NCBI GenBank assembly: GCA_963663385.2
Contig: CAXXXD010000003.1
Location: 1,056,001 to 1,120,000, forward strand
Direction of reading: 5' to 3'
Length of the DNA: 64,000 nt
Source: Oceanispirochaeta sp.
GTDB lineage: Bacteria; Spirochaetota; Spirochaetia; DSM-2461
The notes beneath the pieces were generated by a model. It was not told the origin of the DNA. It saw only the letters and a list, made by a program, of their open reading frames with translations, and did not search any database. Positions 50,394 to 59,277 of this stretch are shown here, one piece after another. The position numbers and the translations under genes were made by a program. Positions within the stretch are counted from its first letter, which is position 1. Every line of letters starts with the position of its first letter.

Positions 50394-51842
50394 ATGAAGC
50401 GGCTTTTTCTTATTCTGAATATTCTTGCATTAATGACTTTCTTTCTGATAGCAGAGGAGAGTTCCCCCGATACAACCGAAGCGACTGCCGGTGTCTCAGA
50501 TACGGGTAAAGGGGATACCGAGTCTGAAGGGGATGAAAAGAAAGCGGAAGAGGATGCCCTTCAGATTGAATCTCTCAGAGAGCAGAAAAGGGATGTCCTG
50601 ATGTATGGAATTGATTCAGAGGTACTGGATGTTATTTCCACTATCAGTTCAGAGAATGACAGTACATTTGATGAAGATCTGAAAGAGCTTCTGGCTGTAA
50701 ATGATAATCCTGAAATCAATAGAGCTATCTTTGATTTTTTCGGTAGAAATGAATCGGACGCAGGTCGTGAGAAGGCCATACAGCTTGTACAGGATTACCT
50801 TGATGATTACGAGTTCAGTACAAACCTTATCCTTTCGGCTATATCCTATCTGGGGATAATCAGGGAAAAAGAAGCCGGCAGGCTTTTTTACGATATGCTG
50901 GACAATAATAACAAGAGCCTTGCCGGAGCCGCACTTCGGGGTATCGGAAAGCTGGAAGATGACTCCCGTGTTGAAGAAATCATGAAGTTCTATGAGGATA
51001 ACGAAGGGGACAGCGAGTACGAAGATCTGCTGGCTTCCGCTATTCTTGTTATGGGTGAACTGAACTGCATGGATGCTTCGGATACTTTCGAAGATATTCT
51101 GCTGGATGATGACGCCCCTTCCGTTCACAGGCAGTACGCCGCTATCTCAATCGGAAAACTGCAGACCGAGTCCGGTTTTGATCTTCTCAAAGAGCAGTAT
51201 CTTATATTGGAAGACAGCAATCTGAGGTCCTATGTTTTAAAGGGTTTGACTGAATACGACAAGAAAGAACTTGATAGTATTCTCATAACGGCTTTAAGGG
51301 ACTCCTTCTGGAGAATCCGTGTTGCTGCCAGCGAAGGGCTGGGAGAACGGAAAGTTGAGGATGCCGTTAATATTCTTATATATAAAGTAAAAAAGGACCC
51401 GGTCCGACAGGTGCGCTACTCATCCATGAAAGCCCTGGGCGAGATTGCCACAACAGAGGCGAATGCCTTCCTGCTAGAACAGTTTGAAGGAGCGCGGAAT
51501 CCCTTCGATATAAGGACGAAGGCTCTGGATATTATGCTTGATAAAAAAATGGACGGCGCCATAGAAAGCCTGAAGGCTGTTCTCGATGAAAAATGGGATA
51601 AGGATAAGGACAGTGAACTGGGACCTTTCTGTAAAACACTTTCCACTACCGAGTGGGCTGCCCTTGAACCTTTTTATAACGCTATGCTTCAGAACAAGGA
51701 TTTCATTATCCGTATTTATGGAATTCGCGGAGTCAAAATCAACAGGTTGAGTTCTCTGAAAGATCGGGTAGCCGAACTGGATGCAGAAGAGCAGCCAATT
51801 AATGTCCGGCGGGAAGTTAAGGCTGCTCTGGAAGAGTTCTGA
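50394..51842 (+). CDS. Exported HEAT-repeat protein
   Basis: Signal peptide, acidic linker, HEAT repeats (ALRDSFWRIRVAASEGLG, KDPVRQVRYSSMKALG). Confidence 0.85.
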   Translation: MKRLFLILNILALMTFFLIAEESSPDTTEATAGVSDTGKGDTESEGDEKKAEEDALQIESLREQKRDVLMYGIDSEVLDVISTISSENDSTFDEDLKELLAVNDNPEINRAIFDFFGRNESDAGREKAIQLVQDYLDDYEFSTNLILSAISYLGIIREKEAGRLFYDMLDNNNKSLAGAALRGIGKLEDDSRVEEIMKFYEDNEGDSEYEDLLASAILVMGELNCMDASDTFEDILLDDDAPSVHRQYAAISIGKLQTESGFDLLKEQYLILEDSNLRSYVLKGLTEYDKKELDSILITALRDSFWRIRVAASEGLGERKVEDAVNILIYKVKKDPVRQVRYSSMKALGEIATTEANAFLLEQFEGARNPFDIRTKALDIMLDKKMDGAIESLKAVLDEKWDKDKDSELGPFCKTLSTTEWAALEPFYNAMLQNKDFIIRIYGIRGVKINRLSSLKDRVAELDAEEQPINVRREVKAALEEF

Positions 51843-51898
51843 ACCTGATTTTCCCCAATCAATATATAAATACAACCCGTTTGGACCACTCTTTTTAT

Positions 51899-51927
51899 TT
51901 GACAGGCAAATATTATTATGGTATGTT
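51899..51927 (+). promoter_or_regulatory. Sigma70 promoter of the ROK-pfk-deacetylase-SIS operon
   Basis: TTGACA-17 nt-TATGTT with TG extension. Confidence 0.75.
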
Positions 51928-51947
51928 GATTGAAACAACAAACAATA
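51922..51947. promoter_or_regulatory. Putative ROK (XylR-type) operator overlapping -10/+1
   Basis: Palindrome TGTT-GA-TTG-AAA-CAA-CA-AACA (51924-51944). Confidence 0.6.
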
Positions 51948-51950
51948 ATT

Positions 51951-53081
51951 ATGGCAGAGAATAAACAGTTAGAATCAAAACGAAATCAGACTCTTGTTCT
52001 TAAAGCAGTCCGTCAGAATCCAGGAATCAGCCGTATAAGGATTGCAGCCGATCTGGGCCTGAATCGTTCAACCATCACTCATATTGTAAATGATCTCCTT
52101 AGCAGGGGAATCGTAGGGGAAGTGGAAATCCCCCGTGAGTCAAAGGTGGGAGGACGTAAACCGATTGGGCTTGTCCTTGAGAAACGCAATTGCACAATCA
52201 TGGGAATCGAATGGCAGATCGATTTTATACGCTATGTCGTTCTGGATCTGTCGGGACAGGTTTTGAAGGAAGAAAAAGTCTCCAGACGAATCGGTAAAAT
52301 TGAGGAGCTTACAGTACTTCTGAAACAGCTTCTTCAGAAGGTTCAGGAGGAGGTGGGAATTCCTGTGAAAGGGCTTGGAATTGGAATCCCGGGCAGGGTG
52401 AATCCGCATAAAGGGATTATCATCCAGTCTCTTCCGCTTGGGCTCAGTGATTTTCCCCTGGCCGATTCTCTGGAAGGGGCACTCCGATTACCGGTTCTGG
52501 TTGAAAATGATGCGAACTGTTTCGCCTGGGGTGAAAATCTGGAATCTCCTTCGAATGTAAGGAACATTCTCTGTATAATCCTCGAATTTCACAATCTGAC
52601 GGACTTCTCTCTTGAAGATCAGGAGATAGGAATGGGACTGGTTCAGAATGGACAGGTTTATTACGGCTCTCGCTATTCTGCCGGGGAATTGAAAGGCTCC
52701 CTTATCGATTCATTACTCACAGAGGAGTTTCTAAGATATCTACGGGATAATTCCGGTATTTATAAAGCATCAGTCTCTCCGGAAAAAGATGATATTCTGG
52801 ACAGATATTTTTCCTCCCTGTTTTCTGCCCTGGCACCTATCGTTTCCACTCTGGATCCCGAGATGATCTTTCTGGGCGGGCAGTTCAGCAATTTCAAAAA
52901 AATGATCCGTGATTACCTGAACAGGGAGGATATCTTTACAAAGTGGGAATTCTCATCACGGAAAGAGTATGAAGTATCTTTCGGCAGTGCCGGTCATTTT
53001 CTGGCAAAAATGTTTTCAACTCCCGATTACGAAGAGGGTGTGAAAAACCTTCCCGTTTTCTGGGATTCCATATTGAAATGA
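51951..53081 (+). CDS. ROK family transcriptional regulator
   Basis: N-terminal wHTH (ISRIRIAADLGLNRSTITHIV, GGRKPI); GIGIPGRV; VLVENDANCFAWGE. Confidence 0.92.
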   Translation: MAENKQLESKRNQTLVLKAVRQNPGISRIRIAADLGLNRSTITHIVNDLLSRGIVGEVEIPRESKVGGRKPIGLVLEKRNCTIMGIEWQIDFIRYVVLDLSGQVLKEEKVSRRIGKIEELTVLLKQLLQKVQEEVGIPVKGLGIGIPGRVNPHKGIIIQSLPLGLSDFPLADSLEGALRLPVLVENDANCFAWGENLESPSNVRNILCIILEFHNLTDFSLEDQEIGMGLVQNGQVYYGSRYSAGELKGSLIDSLLTEEFLRYLRDNSGIYKASVSPEKDDILDRYFSSLFSALAPIVSTLDPEMIFLGGQFSNFKKMIRDYLNREDIFTKWEFSSRKEYEVSFGSAGHFLAKMFSTPDYEEGVKNLPVFWDSILK

Positions 53082-53109
53082 AATTAAACTAAAGGAAATG
53101 AGGATAAAA

Positions 53110-54318
53110 ATGTTAAAAGGTAATGCGGTTATCGGTCAGTCCGGAGGACCGACCAGTGTTATTAACTCAAGTCTGGCAGGGGTGATTGAAGAAGCTCTGA
53201 AATCCCAAGAAATTGATAGAATTCTGGGAATGAACTATGGGATAGAAGGATTTATGAATGAACAGATGATCGATCTTTCAGTTCAATCCGAATCCGTAAT
53301 CGAAGGCCTTAAATCCACTCCTTCATCCGCCCTTGGTTCATCCCGTCATAAACTGACTGAGGCGGACTTTCCGCGGATACTGGAGGTTCTGAAAAAATTC
53401 AATATCCGTTATTTCTTTCTGATCGGCGGTAATGACACCATGGATACGATTCATCGGGTTGAGAAATACTGCCGTCAGGAAGGGTATGAGCTCTGGGGGA
53501 TCGGTATACCCAAAACTGTAGATAATGATCTGTATGGAACAGACCATACCCCGGGATTCGCTTCTGCTGCGCGAAGCAACATCCTGAATGTAAAGGAAGC
53601 GGGAATCCTGGCCAGGGATATGAAAAAAGTGGATCAGTTTGTTGTCTATCAGACTATCGGGCGGGAAGCCGGCTGGCTTGCGGCAGCAACGGCTCTGGCC
53701 GGTGAGAATCCGGAGGACGCACCTCATCTCATTTATTGTCCGGAACGGCCTTTTAACAAAGAGGCTTTTATACGGGATGCCAAATCGTGCATTGAGAAAT
53801 ACGGCTGGGTCTCGGTTGTAGTCAGCGAAGGACTGCTGTATGAAGACGGAACACCTGTAAGTGCGGCGGAGAGTCGGGATAAATTCAATAATACGGAATT
53901 CGGCGCCATGGGCGGAGCCAGTGTTGCTCTCAATGTTCACAGAATCCTGAGTGAGGCACTTCCCGGAGCCAGGGGAGAATTCCAGATTACTGAATCCCTA
54001 ATTATGAGTGCCATAGATCGTGCCGAACCGAATGATTTAAAGGAAGCGCTTTTATGCGGCAGAGAAGCAGTACGGCTGGCCGTATCAGGAGATTCCGGTT
54101 ATATGGTGACCCTGGAACGGGATACTGCTGATGGTGTGAGCTTTCATCCCGGTAAAGTCCCCCTTGAATCTGTTGCGGTAAGAGCAAAGGCCATGCCGGC
54201 AAATTATATCAACGAGGAGGGGAATCAGGTTACCCAGGCGTTCCTTGATTATATGAAACCCCTTATTTCCGATCTTCCGGAATTCACATCTCTGGAAAAG
54301 ATTTTTTATTCACTGTAA
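53110..54318 (+). CDS. pfp: PfkA-family phosphofructokinase, probably PPi-dependent (start 53110 or 53098)
   Basis: GQSGGPTSVIN, IGGNDTMD (Asp at the PPi-specificity position), GIPKTVDNDL..TDHTPGF. Confidence 0.88.
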   Translation: MLKGNAVIGQSGGPTSVINSSLAGVIEEALKSQEIDRILGMNYGIEGFMNEQMIDLSVQSESVIEGLKSTPSSALGSSRHKLTEADFPRILEVLKKFNIRYFFLIGGNDTMDTIHRVEKYCRQEGYELWGIGIPKTVDNDLYGTDHTPGFASAARSNILNVKEAGILARDMKKVDQFVVYQTIGREAGWLAAATALAGENPEDAPHLIYCPERPFNKEAFIRDAKSCIEKYGWVSVVVSEGLLYEDGTPVSAAESRDKFNNTEFGAMGGASVALNVHRILSEALPGARGEFQITESLIMSAIDRAEPNDLKEALLCGREAVRLAVSGDSGYMVTLERDTADGVSFHPGKVPLESVAVRAKAMPANYINEEGNQVTQAFLDYMKPLISDLPEFTSLEKIFYSL

Positions 54319-54332
54319 ATACAGGAGGCATT

Positions 54333-55103
54333 ATGAACTTCAATAAATCAATCCTTGTTGTGCAGGCTCATCCGGATGATACGGAAGCCTGGTGCTCCGG
54401 TACGCTCAAGCTGTTAAAGGATCGTGGTTACAAGATTACCATACTTACCATGACGGCGGGAGGTATGGGCGGGATAAACTCTACCGAAGAAAAGACGGTG
54501 GAAATCAGAAAAGAGGAAGCGAGGAAGGCCGCGGCTGTCCTGGATGCGGAATATATCTGTCTGGATCAGAGAGACGGCTTTCTGTACGATACTCCTGAGA
54601 TGCGTATGGCGCTTATCAGCTGGATGAGGCGTGTAAAGGCAGGAATACTCTTTACTCATCTTCCGACGGATTATCATTCGGATCACAGGACTACCGGTCT
54701 GATAACCGAAGCGGCCGCTATGATTTCCTCTCTTCCCAATGCTCCGGTAGATGAGGCCCCTCTGGAAGTCACACCGCTTCTTTATCATACGGCGCCCATG
54801 ACACTGAGCGATCCCATCGGATCGCCTATTGCGGAACCTCATTTCTTTGTGGATATCACCGAAACCCTTGAAACAAAAATGGAAATGCTTACGCACCATG
54901 TTTCTCAGCAGGAATTGATGAAGCATATGCATAAGATGGATGATTTCTTCGGCGAAATGAAAAAATACAATGTTGAACTGGGAACCATGGTTGGAGTGCC
55001 CTATGCGGAATGCTTCTGGCAGCACCTGGGCGGCGGTTTTCAAAAAGATCCCCAGGTGCAGGATGAATTAAAAGACTACATACATAGTATAAATAGGAGA
55101 TAA
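54333..55103 (+). CDS. PIG-L/LmbE family Zn-dependent de-N-acetylase
   Basis: AHPDDTE, R.EEA..AA..L, DYHSDH, FVDIT.T...K.E.L..H.SQ, YAECF. Confidence 0.93.
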   Translation: MNFNKSILVVQAHPDDTEAWCSGTLKLLKDRGYKITILTMTAGGMGGINSTEEKTVEIRKEEARKAAAVLDAEYICLDQRDGFLYDTPEMRMALISWMRRVKAGILFTHLPTDYHSDHRTTGLITEAAAMISSLPNAPVDEAPLEVTPLLYHTAPMTLSDPIGSPIAEPHFFVDITETLETKMEMLTHHVSQQELMKHMHKMDDFFGEMKKYNVELGTMVGVPYAECFWQHLGGGFQKDPQVQDELKDYIHSINRR

Positions 55104-55107
55104 AACA

Positions 55108-56124
55108 GTGAATTCAGACAAGAAATATCAGAAATATGCCCTTTGCCGTGAGATGCTTGAAACGGCGGATGTTGTAAAGAATTTCAAAGTTCTCAATCTT
55201 GAAACATATGCTGCGGCTGTCAGCAACGCTGATGGTGTTATGTTGACGGGTGAAGGGTCCAGCAGGATTTTTCCAGCCAAACACAGCATCACAGAATCCC
55301 ATAAAAAAGGGATGGGGAAACCCCTTTATACAGAGGGTGCTACTCAGGCTATGGAATATAATCTAAAGGATTTATGTATTATCGGTGCCTCCAATTCCGG
55401 AAAAACCAAAGAACTCATCAGACTCTTTCACAAGCTGAAAAAAGATGGTCACCAGGATCTTTTCGGCTTGACTGCTCATGAAGGCACGCCCCTTGAAGAT
55501 CTCTGTCAGGCCGTGAACGTTTTAACATGCGGAAACGAAGATGCCGTAGCGGCAACGAAAAGCGTAGCAGAACAGGCCCTTTTTATCGAGGCCGTACTGC
55601 GGGAGTCTGAAGGTCTAGGCCCCATGGATTATGCTAAGGGGGGCGAACTGATTCAGAAGGCTCTGACTCTGGATATCCCTGAGGAGGCTGTGCAGAAAAT
55701 GGCAGAGGCTGACGTCATCTGCTTTGCAGGGCGGAACAATGGTGTCGCGGAAGAGCTAACCCTCAAAACCAATGAGATTACACGTAAAAAATCGGATTTT
55801 CTGGAAGGCACATATGCCGCTCACGGGATCGAAGAAGTTATGACCGATAAAGATGTCATTGTTGTGATTGATCCCTTTGAGGAAGAAGAGGAAAAGTTTA
55901 TGGAATGCCTTCAGCAGGGAGTCGGGGTAACCCTGATTGCTGTTTCTTCCAGAAAAACAAGCTTCCCCTATAATGTTATTATACCGGAAGACAAAGAATT
56001 CAAGGACTACATCGAACTGGCTGCCGGTTGGAACCTGCTGGTTGAGACGGGATTGAAACTGGGCATTGATCTGGATAATCCTTTAAGAGCCAGAAAAGTG
56101 GGAAACGAGTTTATTCCTGCCTGA
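55108..56124 (+). CDS. Double-SIS protein (GlmS isomerase-like, no glutaminase domain); putative hexosamine-6-P deaminase
   Basis: TGEGSS, SNSGKTKE, VAATKS, ELTLKTNEI, HG, DLDNPLRARKVG. Confidence 0.85.
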   Translation: MNSDKKYQKYALCREMLETADVVKNFKVLNLETYAAAVSNADGVMLTGEGSSRIFPAKHSITESHKKGMGKPLYTEGATQAMEYNLKDLCIIGASNSGKTKELIRLFHKLKKDGHQDLFGLTAHEGTPLEDLCQAVNVLTCGNEDAVAATKSVAEQALFIEAVLRESEGLGPMDYAKGGELIQKALTLDIPEEAVQKMAEADVICFAGRNNGVAEELTLKTNEITRKKSDFLEGTYAAHGIEEVMTDKDVIVVIDPFEEEEEKFMECLQQGVGVTLIAVSSRKTSFPYNVIIPEDKEFKDYIELAAGWNLLVETGLKLGIDLDNPLRARKVGNEFIPA

Positions 56125-56127
56125 CCC

Positions 56128-56580
56128 TTATTCTTCGGATGAATCCATTAGAAGGGAGTACTCGTTGCTGGAAAGGCTGGAGTGGTCCTCTCTGGGATCA
56201 TCCATATTGCTTCGGATCTCTTTCCTGATAGTCTGAATATCCTGAAGGTGCTTTGCCATCCGGCGTTTCAGATCAGGGAAGCGGTCCTGATCTTCTTCGC
56301 TGAAAAATACGGTTCTTTCAAGAACATCCTCTTCCAGTTCGGTCAGTCTCTTTTTCAGCTTCTGTATAGAAAAGAGGTAGTCCTTTCTGCGTATAAGGAA
56401 TGTATTATTCTGCAGAAGATCATAATGACGAGTGAGCATATCATCAACAAAGAAAAGATCGGTCATGAATTTGGACGCAAAAAAGTCCTTATCAATGGAA
56501 AGTTTCAATCCATTTCTCAGTCTGGTTATATCAGTAAGAAGATAAAAAAGGTTGTCTTCATAATGAACTTTCTCACTCAT
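56128..56580 (-). CDS. Helical hypothetical protein
   Basis: 150-aa ORF with GGAG SD, divergent from rpsF. Confidence 0.8.
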   Translation of the reverse strand: MSEKVHYEDNLFYLLTDITRLRNGLKLSIDKDFFASKFMTDLFFVDDMLTRHYDLLQNNTFLIRRKDYLFSIQKLKKRLTELEEDVLERTVFFSEEDQDRFPDLKRRMAKHLQDIQTIRKEIRSNMDDPREDHSSLSSNEYSLLMDSSEE

Positions 56581-56633
56581 ACGGTTTTACTCCTTCCTAT
56601 ATTTTTTATGTTTCGGCATAATGGGAAGTTACC

Positions 56634-56662
56634 TTGACATCTATTAAGCATTATGCTATTTT
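56634..56662 (+). promoter_or_regulatory. Sigma70 promoter of the rpsF operon
   Basis: TTGACA-17 nt-TATTTT with TG extension. Confidence 0.75.
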
Positions 56663-56668
56663 TTCACA

Positions 56669-56716
56669 GCCTCTTTATTTGCTCTGTAGGAGTAAATCAA
56701 TAAGTCCACAAGGAGG
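56669..56716 (+). promoter_or_regulatory. S6:S18 ribosomal leader RNA
   Basis: CCTCTT can pair with SD AAGGAGG; inner hairpin ATTTGCTC/GAGTAAAT; CCA just before the SD strand. Confidence 0.7.
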
Positions 56717-56721
56717 ATAAT

Positions 56722-57003
56722 ATGAGATCCTACGAATTTACTGCCGTATTCCGCGTAAAAGAAGATAACTATACTACCGGAATGAAAGCTGTCAAAGACA
56801 TTTTTCAGAAACACGGCGTCACCATTGCTTCTGAAGAAGATATGGGTGACAGACTGCTTGCGTATCCCGTCAACAAAGAAGAACGTGGTCACTACCACCT
56901 TTTCAATATTGAAGCTGATCCCGCAGGAATCCTTAAGATTGAAGAAGCTCTCAAACTTACAACTGAACTTCTTAAATATCTCTTCGTAAAAAACGAAAAA
57001 TAA
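56722..57003 (+). CDS. rpsF: 30S ribosomal protein S6
   Basis: MRSYE, GDRLLAYPV.K..RGHY. Confidence 0.96.
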   Translation: MRSYEFTAVFRVKEDNYTTGMKAVKDIFQKHGVTIASEEDMGDRLLAYPVNKEERGHYHLFNIEADPAGILKIEEALKLTTELLKYLFVKNEK

Positions 57004-57019
57004 AACCTAAGGAGTTCCC

Positions 57020-57514
57020 ATGGCAGAAGATTTAAATCGAGTCATACTGGTAGGGCGCCTTACGCGTGATGCCGAACTGCAATATACCAGCAGCGGCTGG
57101 GCCATTCTGAAAATGGGCCTGGCATGTAACCGCAGAAGAAAACAGGGAGATCAATGGGTTGATGAGGCAAACTTCTTTGATGTCACTCTTTTTGGAAAAC
57201 GGGGCGAAACCCTGAGTCAGTACCTTCAGAAAGGGCAGCAGGTAGCTGTGGAAGGACAGTTGAAACAGGACCGCTGGGAACAGGATGGCATGAAACGAAG
57301 CAAGGTTGTTATCGAAGCCAGCAATATTCAGCTTCTGGGCGGACGCAATGACCGGCAGGGAGGAGATTACTCCTATCAGGGTCAGCAAGCCCCGCAGATG
57401 CAACAGGGAACACCTGCCAATAGAAACTCTCAACCTTTCGAGTCTTATAATCCTGGTCCGTCCAGACCGGATTCAGGACCTGCAGAACGGTTTGAGGATG
57501 ACATTCCATTCTAA
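57020..57514 (+). CDS. ssb: Single-stranded DNA-binding protein
   Basis: [16 protein letters not shown]-terminal DDIPF. Confidence 0.98.
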   Translation: MAEDLNRVILVGRLTRDAELQYTSSGWAILKMGLACNRRRKQGDQWVDEANFFDVTLFGKRGETLSQYLQKGQQVAVEGQLKQDRWEQDGMKRSKVVIEASNIQLLGGRNDRQGGDYSYQGQQAPQMQQGTPANRNSQPFESYNPGPSRPDSGPAERFEDDIPF

Positions 57515-57528
57515 AACAGGAGAAAAAC

Positions 57529-57828
57529 ATGTCTGAAGAAACTAATGTGTCAGAAGAGGCTGTAAGCCAGGATAGATCTGAGAGATCCGATAGATCCTCC
57601 GGTCCCAGACCGAGAAGAACTTACTATAAGAAAAAAGTTTGTAAGTTCTGTACCAATAAAATTGAAGTAGATTATAAAAAACCCGATTCACTGAGACGAT
57701 TTATCACTGAAAGAGGAAAAATCCTTCCAAGAAGAATCACCGGCACCTGTGCCAAGCATCAGAGAATGCTGACTACTGAAATTAAAAGATCCAGAGCCCT
57801 TGCTCTGCTTCCTTTTGTAACAAAATAA
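57529..57828 (+). CDS. rpsR: 30S ribosomal protein S18 (Zn-binding C+ type)
   Basis: [31 protein letters not shown]. Confidence 0.98.
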   Translation: MSEETNVSEEAVSQDRSERSDRSSGPRPRRTYYKKKVCKFCTNKIEVDYKKPDSLRRFITERGKILPRRITGTCAKHQRMLTTEIKRSRALALLPFVTK

Positions 57829-57837
57829 GGAAGATTT

Positions 57838-58800
57838 GTGAATCAGAAAGAGTTACGGAGTGTAATCGGAACATCCATAACAGTTGCTGTTATGTACAAC
57901 CTCGGTTTTCTATCCCTCTTTTATGCTATTCCCCTGCAGCTGGCTGCATTAAGGGGCGATAAAAGGTTTTATATTTCCGTTTCTCTTTTGTCATCAGTGA
58001 TGATTCTGACAGTACGTTTTGTACTTTTAGCTGCAGCAGAATTTTCAGAACTCTTTTTGCTGGATATCGCTGTAGTTACGGTCGTTGCAGCTGCTATGTA
58101 TATAGCCAATTATATTCTATTCGGCTATTCTGTTCCTGTTCGAATGGGGATGATAACAGCTGCTCTTGGAATCCTGCTTCTTGCTGCTATTCCCTTTTCG
58201 GGAGTTGTAGATACGCAGTTTTCTTTGACCCTGGAAAAGATGAGCCGTTTGGCCAGTTCCCTCTCTCTTGCGGGAGGTCCGGATGGCTCAATGGCAATAC
58301 AGGGTGCAACCCTTAATCTTATGATTAAGGATATGTTCGGTCGTTCCGTGTTGGCCGTATTCTTCTTTTTTATGATTTACACATGGTGGAGCAGTTCACG
58401 CCTGTTTCTCCGTATGGTGAAGGGTAGAAAGAAGGATCAGAACAGCGGGAATTGGGATTTTCCCGAACAGGCGGTCTGGCTGCTGTTCATCCCCCTGACG
58501 CTGGTATTGGCGGAAAGGTTATTGAATCAGTCGGGAGTGTTTCTGTTGAGGGGGATACCGGCTTATGTCGTCTCAAATCTGCTGTTTATTATGAGCGGTT
58601 TGTATGGAATACGGGGGATAAAAATCATTCTGCAGTTTATTCGCAGATGGAATATTCCCCGGCAGATGAATCTGCTGTTGATACTGATGCTGGGAATGCT
58701 GATTGCTGTTCCCGGAGTGAATCTGATACTTTTGGTAATCGTTGCAGGGCTTGGTGTATCCGAGCTCTGGGTAAACTACAGAATATTTGACAAGGAGTAA
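57838..58800 (+). CDS. DUF2232/YybS-like membrane protein
   Basis: Multi-TM; C-terminal GLGVSELWVNYR; position between rpsR and rplI. Confidence 0.8.
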   Translation: MNQKELRSVIGTSITVAVMYNLGFLSLFYAIPLQLAALRGDKRFYISVSLLSSVMILTVRFVLLAAAEFSELFLLDIAVVTVVAAAMYIANYILFGYSVPVRMGMITAALGILLLAAIPFSGVVDTQFSLTLEKMSRLASSLSLAGGPDGSMAIQGATLNLMIKDMFGRSVLAVFFFFMIYTWWSSSRLFLRMVKGRKKDQNSGNWDFPEQAVWLLFIPLTLVLAERLLNQSGVFLLRGIPAYVVSNLLFIMSGLYGIRGIKIILQFIRRWNIPRQMNLLLILMLGMLIAVPGVNLILLVIVAGLGVSELWVNYRIFDKE

Positions 58801-58804
58801 ATCC

Positions 58805-59266
58805 ATGAAGATTATATTGAGTCAGGACATTGCCAACCTTGGTGAAGAGGGCGATATCAAAGTCGTAGCCGACGGATATGCCAGAAATTTTCTCTTTCCC
58901 CAGAAGATGGCTGTTGCTTACAATAAACAGAACCTGAATATGTTCGAGCAGAAAAAGCTTGCTATTGAAAAGAGAAAAGAAGAAAAAAGAAAGGACGCCA
59001 TGGGCCTGAAAGAGCGCCTGGCCGGTGAAGAGATTACAATAACCATGCCTGCCGGAGAAAAAGGCAAGCTTTTCGGTGCTGTAACTTCTTCTTCCATCTC
59101 TGAAGAGCTGGCAAAAATCGGTTTGACCGTAGAAAAAAAGAAAATTGAAGTTCCCGAGAACTCAATCAAACTGGTTGGTTCCTATACAGTTAAAGTTAAA
59201 CTCTACGGTGGTGAGGTTGCTGATCTGAAAGTAACTGTAAACGCCGCAGAAAAAGCTGCTGAATAA
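58805..59266 (+). CDS. rplI: 50S ribosomal protein L9
   Basis: MKIIL..DI.NLG..GDI..VADGYARNFL.P, GKLFGAVT; AAGGAG SD. Confidence 0.98.
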   Translation: MKIILSQDIANLGEEGDIKVVADGYARNFLFPQKMAVAYNKQNLNMFEQKKLAIEKRKEEKRKDAMGLKERLAGEEITITMPAGEKGKLFGAVTSSSISEELAKIGLTVEKKKIEVPENSIKLVGSYTVKVKLYGGEVADLKVTVNAAEKAAE

Positions 59267-59277
59267 TAAGGAATTTC

